This document shows positions 15,284-29,000 of a DNA stretch of 64,000 nt, in pieces; positions within the stretch are counted from its first letter, which is position 1; each line of letters begins with the position of its first letter. The stretch covers positions 2,294,001 to 2,358,000 of the forward strand of contig OZ024750.1 in the NCBI GenBank assembly GCA_964016885.1. Direction: 5' to 3'. The stretch comes from Eledone cirrhosa. Taxonomy: Eukaryota. The notes under the pieces were generated by a model that made no database searches, was not told the DNA's origin, and worked only from the letters and a program-made list of their open reading frames with translations. Made by a program: the position numbers and the translations under genes.

Positions 15284-18200
15284 AATGTATGTTAATCATC
15301 ATCATCGTCGTCATCATTTAATGTATGTTTTCCTTGCTAATGGTTGGATGGGTTTTCATAGACGAAGTCAGTACTCAAGCAAGGCTACTGATCTCTGAGA
15401 TGGGCCAAAGGGCTACATCTCACTTACATATGGTCCTGCACTCTGCTGAGTTCATTTGTTAGCCTGTCTTTGTCACAACCCTTTATTTGGTAAGCCTTCT
15501 ATGGCTGGATGTCCTTCCTATCACCAACCATTTTATAGCATATACTGGGTGCATTTATCATGTAAATCACCAGCACTGTTTTTTTTTTGTGGTGCTGGGG
15601 CTCCACTTACCCTCCCTTCCAGACTGAGAAGCCGGTTTAGTCACTGACCACTTGACCATGAAGCAGGTTGTCCCGGGTTACATGGTACCAGTAGCAGAAA
15701 GAAGCCTGACCTGACAATATTTAATGTTTAAAAACATTATTACTCTAAAAATCAGAAATTATATTTTCTTTAGATAAAAATCTATATCTGAATAATTTCC
15801 TTAATTGTAGCTATAAATTTGTTGTGAAAACAAAAAACTTTTTCCACATATCAACACTTTAGCACTCTCATTACTCTATACTCTACTATTATATTTTCAT
15901 GTAAAAGGCTTCACCTCACATAATTATCTCACATAATATCGAATCTATGACATTTTGATATTATCTATTTTGAGCAGCCAGTTACAGCTGGTTTGAACAG
16001 AAAGAGGTAAGAGGATTCTGGCTAGTTTGAATGCTAAAGGGTTAATATAGATAACAGTAAAAGCCTGTTGTAAAACAGCTGTGTCATCTTTCAAGTGACA
16101 AATATTTACCTTTTTACTTAAATTAATGACCTCTTACCTTCATCTGTGCAATAGCTCTATTATGAGTTTCAGCGTCTTCAAGAGAAAATGTTTTTGTCAT
16201 TTTTCCAAATGATCTATAATTTCCAAATTTAAAAATTGATATTGATCTTTAATGACAACAGTAATTTGTATTTTTATTTTAGTCTGCAACACCAGAGCTC
16301 TTGTCATCCCCTCCCCTTCCCGTTCTTTTTCTTCTTTCTATTTCTATTTCCTTTTTTTCTATATTTCCCTGTTCTTTCTTTCCTTTTTTCCCTTTTTTCT
16401 TATTTCTTCTTACTAAATTTTATTTTTTAAATAAATGTGTTTAATTACTTTAAAAAAAAAGAAGTTACAATTAAAAGCAAACAATCCTTTGAAGAAACCA
16501 TTACAAACTAATCAATTGCAACCATAAACATCATCATCATCATTGTTTTTACGTCCATTTTTTTCCACGCTTGCATGGGTTGGATGGATCCTTTACAGCA
16601 ACTCTTCACTCATTGCATTCTTTCATCAGCTCCTCAGTGATTCTCAGTGATTTGAGATCAGCTCTCACCAACTCCATCTGGTCTTCCTTGGTCTTCCTCT
16701 ACTGCAGTTTCCTTCCACTGGCATTTCCTGGTACTTCTTCACCCTGTGCTCATCATCCATATTCATCACATATTCGTACCAATGCAGTCATCTCCCTTGC
16801 ACACCACTTTGGATTCATCTTAACCCTTTACTATTTACATTACTCTATATATACTATTGTATTTTCATGTTAAAGGCTTTACCTCACATAACATTTACAT
16901 TACTCTATATATACTATTGTATTTTCATGTTAAAGGCTTTACCTCACATAACATTCACATTACTCTATATATACTATTGTATTTTCATGTTAAAGGCTTT
17001 ACTTTACATAATATCTCACATAACATTTACATTACTCTATATTTACTATTATATTTTCATGGTAAAGGCTTTACCTCACATAATATCTCACATAACATTT
17101 ACATTACTCTATATATACTATTGTATTTTCATGTTAAAGGCTTTACCTCACATAATATCTCACATAACATTTACATTTCTCTATATAGACTGTTGTATTT
17201 TCACAGTAAAGGCTTTACCTCACATAATATCTCACATAGCATTTACATTACTCTATATATACTATTATATTTTCACAGTAAAGGCTTTACCTTACATAAT
17301 ATCTCACATAACATTTACATTACTCTATATATACTATTGTATTGTCACAGTAAAGGCTTTACCTCACATAATATCTCACATAACATTTACATTACTCTAT
17401 ATATACTATTGTATTTTCATGTTAAAGGCTTTACCTCACATAATATCTCACATAACATTTACATTACTCTATATATACTATTGTATTTTCATGTTAAAGG
17501 CTTTACCTCACATAATATCTCAAATAATATCAAATCTATGAGATTTTGAAAGTATTTATTTTGAGAACAATACCTTAACATCAGTTTGAGCGACCAGTTA
17601 CAGCCAGTTTCAAAAGAAAGAGGTAGAGAATTCTGGCCGGTTTTGGCCAGTTTGAACATTAAAGGGCTAAACCCAGTTTCTCCTTAGTTAACACAGGCTC
17701 TGCCTTTCTTTTATATTTAAATTGCACATCCCCTGCTATAAGAGATATTTAAATAACTGCTGTTGGTTGGAGTAATTTGAACTAACAACACAGAGGAATG
17801 GGGAGAAAGATTTCAAGGCCAAACAACTAGAAGTCTTCACTGATATTGATTCCTAGACCAAAACGAAGCAAAAAACCAACCAATATATGAAAATGTGGGA
17901 GCCCCAAAAGTAGAAAATAATTTTCTCTAAGGGCAATTTACCCAATTTTCTCAACTATTATCCATAACTGTTGTTACAGTTATTTTCTGCATTTGGGACT
18001 TTCACATTTTCAAATTTCAAACAATCACAGTGCTTCTATAATTCATAAGGTTTAAACCAATATATCTATGAAAGGAAATGCAGTTACTTTAATACATGAT
18101 CAAGTAATATAGAGTAATTTATTTTTAAATGCTACTTTAGGATGGTTTAGAGAATAACTTACGTGAGAACACTGCAAACCTCCGGTGGGAAGTACTTTGT

Positions 18201-18358
18201 TATATTTTGCATTTCAATTACATCTCTTGTGTATTAGAAAAATAAAAGAGGAAAAAGAAAAAAAGAGAAAAGAACAGAATAAATATGGACAATATATATA
18301 TATATATATATACACACACATATATATGTGTGTATATATATATATATGATGATGATGA

Positions 18359-18405
<47 letters not shown>

Positions 18406-21400
18406 TACACACATATATATATACACACATATATATACATATATATAAGGGAAAAGTATGACCCCAACGGCAGAGCTCAAGCCGATTCGACAGCTATTTC
18501 TGGACTCTGAGTCCAGTTATAGCCGTCGAAATGGCTTGAGCTTTGCCGTCGGGGTCATACTTTTTCCTATTACCGACTCTACTACCCTAAGTATTGAGTA
18601 CTCTGGTTCCTTACCACAATTCCTTCATTACATATATATATATATATACACATATATATATATATATGCATACACATATACACACATATGTATATACAAA
18701 TATATATATCAACAACATCATCGTTTAACGTCCATCTTTCATGCTAGCATGGGTTGGACGGGTTTGTCCCACTTGAGGCAAAATTGGTCAGGTGACCATG
18801 TCTCACTCGTATAAAACTGTTCTGGCAGGTTTTCTACAACTGGATGCCTTTCCTAATGCCAACCCCATTTACAGTGTGGACTGGGAGCTTATTGTCGTGT
18901 CTCCTACACCACCACTTGTATGTTCTGTGCTACCAATATCATCATTTTTATGTCAATGTTTTCCATTCTGGCATGGGTTAGATGGGGCTTTTTAAGGCAA
19001 TGTTTTAACAACTGGATGCCCTTCTTAGCACTAAGCCTTTTAGCCACTTCTTATGACATACACAACTTTGCCTTTCATCTGTTTGAGGCCAGGTAAAAAA
19101 AGTACCAGTCTAGTATTGGGTGGATTCTTCCTCTAAGTCTCTTTCTCATTTTCTGTCTCTCACTTTCTATCTTTCTCTGGAAGAAATCTGCTGTAGTCAG
19201 GCCTGGAAAGGGATGTGTTCCGCTAGGTTTAAAATTCCCAAGAAACGCTGTATGTCAATACAGCTCAGGAGTTAGGGGACCATACATATGACATGCAGAG
19301 ATTCAGTGTACATATTCTGAACCGGATATACACAATAAAAACTAGAGAAAAAAACAGGAAAAACTAATCAACTACTAAGAAATGAAATAAATGTATTAGT
19401 CACCCACTGAAAGTTACAACAAATATTAGTTCTACCATTTTTCCATTATATTGGAACAACTTAATTCTTTACAATTCCCAATAGTTTTAATTAAATTAGT
19501 TTTTCTAAGGACTTTTGTGAATTAATTTCCTTTTCATACTTGGTGTAAATTACATTAGCTCTAACGTACACATGCTCACACAATCATTTATTTCACCACA
19601 CATACAGACACACACACACACACACACACAATCATTTATTTCACCACACATGCACATACACAACACACACACATACAGACACACACACACACAGAGGCAC
19701 ACACACACCACACACACACAATCATTTATTCCACCACACATACACGCACACTCATACACATACATACAAACACACACACACACTTCGTCAATCACACTCA
19801 TCCTTATATCCTCCTCAAGAGTCTGACAGGATATAAGCAATATCAGTCTTCCAGTTTTACTAGTGACAGTCCTTAGACTGTGGCCATGCTGGGGTACATC
19901 CTTGAAAGTTTTTAGTCAAACATACTGACCCCAGCACTACACACACACATACACAAATATATATATATATATATATACACACAGAAGACCCACCTTCCCT
20001 TGCATACAAACCTACAGTCAGTAGGCACCTCTTAACCCAATCTACACCCCACCCAACATGCGCTACCCCATCCTCCCATTTCCATCCACTGTGTCGATGA
20101 CCACCCAGTCCACTCTGTAAAGTGGTCATGTAGGAGACACGGTAAAAAGGCTCCCAGTCCACTCTGTAAAGTGGTCGTGTAGGAGACACGGTAAAAAGCT
20201 CCCAGTCCACACTGTAAGGTGGTCACGTAGGAGACACGGTAAAAAGCTCCCAGTCCACTCTGTAAGGTGGTCACGTAGGAGACACGGTAAAAAGCTCCCA
20301 GTCCACACTGTAAGGTGGTCACGTAGGAGACACAGTAAAAAGGCTCCCAGTCCATACTGTAAGGTGGTCACGTAGGAGACACAGTAAAAAGGCTCCCAGT
20401 CCACACTGTAAGGTGGCCCTGTAGGAGACACGGTAAAAAGGCTCCCAGTTCACACTGTAAGGTGGTCACGTAGGAGACACGGTAAAAAGGCTCCCAGTCC
20501 ACACTGTAAGATGGTCACGTAGGAGACACAGTAAAAAGGCTCCCAGTCCACACTATAAGGTGGTCACGTAGGAGACATGGTAAAAAGGCTCCCAGTCCAC
20601 ACTGTAAGATGGTCATGTAGGAGACATGGTAAAAAGGCTCCCAGTCCACACTGTAAGATGGTCATGTAGGAGACACAGTAAAAAGGCTCCCAGTCCACAC
20701 TGTAAGATGGTCATGTAGGAGACACAGTAAAAAGGCTCCCAGTCCACACTATAAGGTGGTCACGTAGGAGACATGGTAAAAAGGCTCCCAGTCCACACTG
20801 TAAGATGGTCATGTAGGAGACATGGTAAAAAGGCTCCCAGTCCACACTGTAAGATGGTCATGTAGGAGACACAGTAAAAAGGCTCCCAGTCCACACTGTA
20901 AGATGGTCATGTAGGAGACACGGTAAAAAGGCTCCCAGTTCACACTGTAAGGTGGTCACGTAGGAGACACGGTAAAAAGGCTCCCAGTCCACACTATAAG
21001 GTGGTCACGTAGGAGACACAGTAAAAAGGCTCCCAGTCCACACTGTAAGATGGTCACGTAGGAGACATGGTAAAAAGGCTCCCAGTCCACACTGTAAGAT
21101 GGTCACGTAGGAGACACGGTAAAAAGGCTCCCAGTCCACACTGTAAGATGGTCACGTAGGAGACACAGTAAAAAGGCTCCCAGTCCACACTGTAAGGTGG
21201 TCACGTAGGAGACACAGTAAAAAGGCTCCCAGTCCACACTGTAAGGTGGTCACGTAGGAGACACAGTAAAAAGGCTCCCAGTCCACACTGTAAGGTGGTC
21301 ACGTAGGAGACACAGTAAAAAGGCTCCCAGTCCACACTGTAAGGTGGTCACGTAGGAGACACAGTAAAAAGGCTCCCAGTCCACACTGTAAGGTGGTCAC

Positions 21401-23015
21401 GTAGGAGACACGGTAAAAAGGCTCCCAGTCCACACTGTAAAAGTGGTTGGTGTTAGGAAGAGCATCCTCCATGGTTGGAGGTGGTAAGAGCTGACTTCAG
21501 ATTGCTGAAGCTCACAGAGGAGATAACAAAGGACTGTCCCACCCTTGCAAACAGGGAAAAGCGGACGTAAAATGATGATCATCATCATGACATATCATCA
21601 TCATCATCATTTTACATCCACTTTTCCCTGCTTGCAAGGGTGGGACGGGAACTGATTCTGACTCGATCTCTACAGCTGGATGCCCTTCCTAACACCAACC
21701 TCATTTACAGTGAGTGCTGGGTGCTTTTTTTCCGTGGCACCTCCACGACTACTCTACAGTGGAATGATATAGACCCCAGTCCCTATCATCTCATTTCTAC
21801 AGCTGAGTAAACTGGAGCCATGTGAAATAAAGTGTCTTGCTCAAGGAAACAACACATCACCCGGTCTGAGAATTGAACTCCCAACCTTTCGATTGCAAGG
21901 CCAATGCTCTAACCACTAAGCCATGTGCCTCCATTATATATATGTGTATACAAATATATATTTAAAAGTCTGTGTATATTTTTAGGTGGGTAATTAAAAT
22001 TTATTTAAGCAAACATGTAAAGGTATTTATTCTACTTTGTGGTATATTGAACTTCTATGAAACAAAGAGTTATATATATATATATATATATAGAAGTAGT
22101 AACACAATAGTTAGTTCACCATACCAAGAACAATTGTTTCACCTTATGCAGATCTTCAGCTCTTTATTCTACTTTGTGGTATATTGAACTTCTATGAAAC
22201 AAAGAGTTACCGTGCTATTTTTCCCGTTAGTTTTGTGATGAGGGCAAAAATTATAACTCCTTCTTTGATGACTTCTTCAGCTGAAGGATAAGTAGCATAT
22301 AAGACTTCGAGGCTTTCTTTTGTACAAGTACTTCGGTCAGGACATAATTGAATCAGAAGGTGACACGTCCACATAACGATCTTCAAATGAAGTTGAGTCA
22401 CCTTTTGGACAGAATGAAAAACAAAATAATTAATGTTTCCAAGATATAACGATACGAGGGTCAACTGAAAAGTTCATAGGCTGACCAAGATACTCTCATG
22501 GAATGACCAAATGAGATTTATTTTTCAACATAGTCCCTGGAAAGAAACAAGGCACTTATTAATGAAAAGAGTCGAAATTAATTAATGTAGTTCCCAAGTT
22601 AAATTGGGGGTAACCACAGTAAATAAAGTACTCAATACATTAGTAGAGTGAAAACATCAAAATTTAATATAGAAATAGCTTCTAAAGGACTAGAACTGTT
22701 TCATTCATATGTAATCATATATATATATATATATATATATATGGTATAAACGTTTGTATATGTATAATAAAGCCAAAACAATGCAGGTATGGACATAGAA
22801 TAAAGAATGCAAAAGATATTGCTGACAATTAGTCTTTTACCTTAGATTTATTTAAATGTCCTTAATTTTCGAGATAATATCTCTTCTTCGGAGGGAAGTA
22901 AAGCGGTTAAACCAGTGTTCTAAATTTCCTGTCAGCATGACTTGGCAAGCTATTTAGAACACTTTATACCTCATTATACAATACTTCAAGTGAACTATAA
23001 CTTCCTCCTATATAC

Positions 23016-23046
<31 letters not shown>

Positions 23047-26000
23047 ATTTCATATATATAATATATATATATATATATATGATTTCATATATATATATAT
23101 ATATAGGAGGCACATGGCTTAGTGGTTAGAGCATTGGCTTTGCAATCGAAAGGTTGTGAGTTCAATTCTCAGACCGGGTGATGTGTTGTTTCCTTGAGCA
23201 AGACACTTTATTTCACATTGCTCCAGTTTACTCAGCTGTAGAAATGAGATGATAGGGATTGAGGTCCCAGTCCCTATCATTCCACTGCAGTCCCTATCAT
23301 TCTGATGACAGAAAGCAGATTTGTTTGCTTTCAAGAAACCACTGGTAAATGAAATAATTATCTTATGTTGAATAATAATAATTATCTTATAATATATATA
23401 TAGAGAGAGAAAGAGAGAAACAACATTAATCTTCTACAACATACAGAATAAGATTTCTTTAGTTTCTTTAGTTCCTTTCGTTTATTACTAAACAATGTAT
23501 TATAACCAAATCACTTGTGAATGATCCTCTGTTGCTTACAAATGTAGAAATGGAAGAATCAAACAGTGACCTATATTCAAGAAAAACAAAAAGAAATCTT
23601 ATCTATCTGTTAGTAAGCAGCCAACCCAACCCCTCAACCACCACCAACACCCACCCGACCCACCCCCAGCATGTCAGACATGGGAAAATTCTATACTTAT
23701 CTTTATGACATGATTATCTCAAAAGAAATCAAACAGCAAATATGTTAGAGTGATACCAAGGGAAGAAAGGAGTAGAGTATTTTTTTTCTCTCTTTTCACT
23801 TCATTGAAAAAGAATTATGAAATTTTAACAAATATTCAAAAGAAAATAATAACTTGACTGAAAGAAGAGATAAAGAATGTCTAAATATAACAACTGGTGA
23901 CTGTTTAACTCATACTGAGAAAGTATATCAACTTAAAGTTACAGTCAAACTTTCACCATTATTGTTTCAAGAAGACATATATTTTCCCCCTGCCCTTTTT
24001 AAAAAAAATTTCTGTCAGTCAAATAATGATGTTAGTGCACTTCAATAAACAAAGAAATAACTGTTTATGACAACTATACTATCATTACTCTACTATACTG
24101 TACTATCACTATTGAGCCAACAACAACACAACCACCAACACAACCACCAACAACACAACCATCAACAAGACAACTAACAACAAAACCAACAACACAACCA
24201 TCAACACAAAACCAACAACAACACAACCAATATATATATAGATATAGATATATATACATATATAATAGTTCAACCCATGCAAGTATGGAAAAGGTGACAT
24301 AAAACGATTATTCAATGTATGTCTATGATACTGAAGTACCTGATCTATTAGCCTTGCGTCCTGGCTGTCAATGACTTGTGAAATAATAGTAAACCATTCA
24401 AAGCCACTTTGTACCACCGCAAATATGGATACTCTGAAAGAGAAAAATAACAAGAAATTCTGATGCATTGGTACAGAAGATAATAACTGCTGAAAATTTT
24501 GATATACAAAAAATACTGGAGACAAAGATGAAAGAAATGACAAAGGGAGTAAGATAAATGATGTTTACCCTTTAGTATTTACATTACTCTATATATGCTA
24601 TTGTATTTTCACAGTAAAGGCTTTACCTCACATAGCATTTACATTACTCTATATATACTATTGTATTTTCACAGTAAAGGCTTTAACTCACATAATATCT
24701 CACATAGCATTTACATTACTCTATATATACTATTGTATTTTCACAGTAAAGGCTTTACCTCACATAACATTTACATTACTCTATATATACTATTATATTT
24801 TCACAGTAAAGGCTTTACCTCACATAATATCTCACATAACATTTACATTACTCTATATATACTATTATATTTTCACAGTAAAGGCTTTACCTCACATAAT
24901 ATCTCACATAACATTTACATTTCTCTATATATACTATTATATTTTCACAGTAAAGGCTTTACCTCACATAATATCTCACATAACATTTACATTACTCTAT
25001 ATATACTATTATATTTTCACAGTAAAGGCTTTACCTCACATAATATCTCACATAACATTTACATTACTCTATATATACTATTATATTTTCACAGTAAAGG
25101 CTTTACCTCACATAATATCTCACATAACATTTACATTACTCTATATATACTATTGTATTGTCACAGTAAAGGCTTTACCTCACATAATATCTCACATAAC
25201 ATTTACATTACTCTATATATACTATTGTATTGTCACAGTAAAGGCTTTACCTCACATAATATCTCACATAACATTTACATTTCTCTATATAGACTGTTGT
25301 ATTTTCACAGTAAAGGCTTTACCTCACATAATATCTCACATAGCATTTACATTACTCTATATATACTATTATATTTTCACAGTAAAGGCTTTACCTTACA
25401 TAATATCTCACATAACATTTACATTACTCTATATATACTATTGTATTGTCACAGTAAAGGCTTTACCTCACATAATATCTCACATAACATTTACATTTCT
25501 CTATATAGACTGTTGTATTTTCACAGTAAAGGCTTTACCTCACATAATATCTCACATAGCATTTACATTACTCTATATATACTACTATATTTTCACAGTA
25601 AAGGCTTTACCTTACATAATATCTCACATAACATTTACATTACTCTATATATACTATTGTATTGTCACAGTAAAGGCTTTACCTCACATAATATCTCACA
25701 TAACATTTACATTTCTCTATATAGACTGTTGTATTTTCACAGTAAAGGCTTTACCTCACATAATATCTCACATAGCATTTACATTACTCTATATATACTA
25801 TTATATTTTCACAGTAAAGGCTTTACCTCACATAATATCTCACATAACATTTACATTACTCTATATATACTATTATATTTTCACAGTAAAGGCTTTACCT
25901 TACATAATACCTCACATAACATTTACATTACTCTATATATACTATTGTATTTTCACAGTAAAGTCTTTACCTCACATAATTATTTCACATAATATCAAGA

Positions 26001-29000
26001 TCTATGAGATTTTGATATTATTTATTTTGCGAACAATACATTAATATAAGTATGAGTGGCCGGTTGCAGCCAGTTTGAACAGAAAGATCTGAGAGAATTC
26101 TGGCTGGATACAACCGGTTTAAATGCTAAAGAGTTAATTTCAAATAAAACATTGCATTTATTTTCTTTCCTTTTTTCAAATTTAATTGATATTGTCTTTT
26201 CAGTTATTTTTGTGTGGATGCCCAGAGTTAGGGACCTTGCAGGGGTTCAGGATTCAAAGGGTTAACATCATAAAACATAGTCTAAACATTGGCCTTGAAA
26301 TACCCATGAAAGATGGTATTTAGAAGTACATTCCAAGTTTCAAAGACATTCATCTAAACTATAATAAAGTAAGGAGTGCTGGACTGCGTCCAGAATATGT
26401 TTTGTTATACCGTTTGTAAAATAAGTTGGATTACTTTCAATAAATAATGAATGAATATTACATAATTTATCTCCTAAATTTCATAGCTTTTGATTAAATA
26501 TATTTTATTGCTTATTTAAAGATTCACTTCTTTAAAATTTTCAAATGTCAACACTTCCGGTTAGCGATCGCTTAAATAAACATTCATATATTTCCGTCAC
26601 TAATTTTCTCCTAATGCAGTTTATATATAATATCGTCTTTTTCTAATGTATCATGGATTACTTTACTGATTACATAAGACAGTGTAACACAGTCTTCGTT
26701 CAATTTCTGTGCATATTGTCGATTATGATTTTATTTGATGTATCTACATACATATATACATATATACTTGCATATAATATCAATATACACACTACACATG
26801 CTAGCGGAAAACCACCCGAAGGATGGTTTTTCAGCTAGTTAAAATAATGAAGTTCAATGTAAAAGACCTCATATATTTGGTATAGCCATCATTTAGTACT
26901 GAAACAAAATCCCTGTCAACATTCTCACTGTTTAATGTTTATTTTCCATACTTGCATGAGTTAGGTAGGCTGTTACATTCTGAAGCTAGACAGGTCAGGT
27001 GACCACCTCTTGCTTGTATGCTTGGTTTTCTACAGCTGGATGTCCTTCCTAATGCCTTGTGAGTGAATTTGGTAGATGGGAACTCAGTGAAAGCCCATCA
27101 TTTGTATGTATATGTATGTTTGTCTATGTTCTCACCTTCAATTCTTGTATTATCTAAAAAGTTTCCCTTGCAAATAAAAATATCTCACCGAGAGTTTTCT
27201 CTTGTTAATGATTGTTTCTCACGTCTCTCAACTACTCCAATGCTTTTCAATAATCTATTCACTAGCTCAATCATTACAGGGAAAACTTCAAATAAATTTT
27301 CTTCTTCATCAGAGTCTAATCTCCTTGGATCTTTGGTGATAATATTCAGTCTTTTAATCCATTCATTTAATTTCTGAGTTAGCCTTATAATCGCATCAGA
27401 AGCTCCTATATAAAAATAAAAATGGAAATTATTCATGATAAACTATAAAGGAAGATTGGAAGTTTATAGCTGTTAACCTTTAAAAACGAAGTACAAACAG
27501 CTGAGTCCTAGTTTAATACTTTCACTACTAAATACAAGAATTTTTATCTAAATTCTTCTTCTTGAGACATTCCTCCATTGAAGGTGAAACATTCATTTTG
27601 CTTTTTCTAATGGCTGAAATATATTCAGTTGCTACACCTAAATATCCACGCCACCGATGTTGTCCAAAGGAAAGGCAATGGCCAGTATAGTTTGGCACCA
27701 GTGATATTGCAACTCATTTCTAAAGTCTGTCACCTTCTCCCCTTCCCCCTTTCGTTCTTCCTTTGTCTGGTAGTCCTTGTTCACCCCCCAGCTTCCTTTT
27801 CCTCTCATTTATAGCATTTATAGTCCTTTCCAATATTGCTTTTTTTTCTGTACATTTAACCAAATAAAAATTTTGCATTAATTTTATTGTGTTTAATGCA
27901 CTTTTGAGGAATATATTTCTAAAATGTGGTACCGTTTTCTCCTGTTAATAGAATCATATTCTGGGTCTTCAACACGTCAAAGAGCTGTAACAAGAAAAAG
28001 ATAAAAATAATTTTATTTTAATATTTGCTAGAGATTGATATATTAGAATGTGTATGTATATATATGAGGGTAGGCTGACTATGAAGGAGTGATGCTAGAG
28101 CTGTGAAATCTTGCATGCATTAATTTAAATCTTCTTGATTTTCTTACTAGGCAAATAATGACAAGGTTACTAACATATAAAACTGAATTAATTAAATACC
28201 TATAAGAAGCCTTAATATATACAAGAGTAGGCTGAAAAGTTCATAGACAGACTATGAAGGAGTGATGCTAGAGCTGTGAAATCTTGCATGCATTAATTTT
28301 AACTCTTCTTATTAATAACTGCATTGTTTCTTTCCAGGAACTATGTTGAAAAATAAACATCATTTGGTCATTCCATGAGAGTATCTTGGTCAGCCTATGA
28401 ACTCTTCAGCCAGTCCTCATATATTCTTGTGTATGACATGCTTTGAAAATCTTAAACTGATCTTTTTACTAATGTAAAGGATTGATTGGATCATACTAAA
28501 TCTTCATTATTTGATATTTTGTGAAAGGAGCTTATAACAATGTTTGTTAACAGTAAAAAATGAGGTGTTGCCCACTTTTCAACAAATTTAACTGAAGCAG
28601 AGTTAAATAACTTGTCTGATAATACAGTAAATATTTATGGTTAGTTTTGATTTATTAAACAGTGTTGATACAGGGATTGCTTTAAAAAGCAACTCTGGAA
28701 AATGAATAAAAGATGTCATCATGTCTAATAGCAACAGACTAAAACATTAGTTAAGGAGGTCCATATGTTACAAAGCTCTGAGTATTGCCAAAAAAAAACT
28801 CCCTTTTCTCTATAGATAATCCCTTTGTATGAATTATGTTTGCAGACAATTTCCTTCCTGTTGATGGTAAATTGTTTTTTCTTATAGGTGGTCCAGAGCA
28901 TCATAGGACTGCAATCTGGGTATCCTATTAGTGGTTAAGTAAAATAGAAATGCCTTTGAAATATAATATTATGATCTATTTATTTAGATGTGTATGATAA

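Noticed and set aside
18163-18194. Possible 32-nt AXDND1 exon with a gtaagt donor
   Set aside because: It would shift the frame; exons 19 and 20 already join in phase. A poison exon cannot be excluded.
20100-21440. CRISPR-like regular arrays (also 45.3 kb and 53 kb) and their ORFs
   Set aside because: No unique spacers and no cas genes; whole units are tandem copies in a eukaryotic intron.
24595-25992. 465-aa repetitive ORF (also 16857-17549 and 37060-37413)
   Set aside because: A stop-free 72-bp MITE-internal unit inside an AXDND1 intron; no splice or start context.
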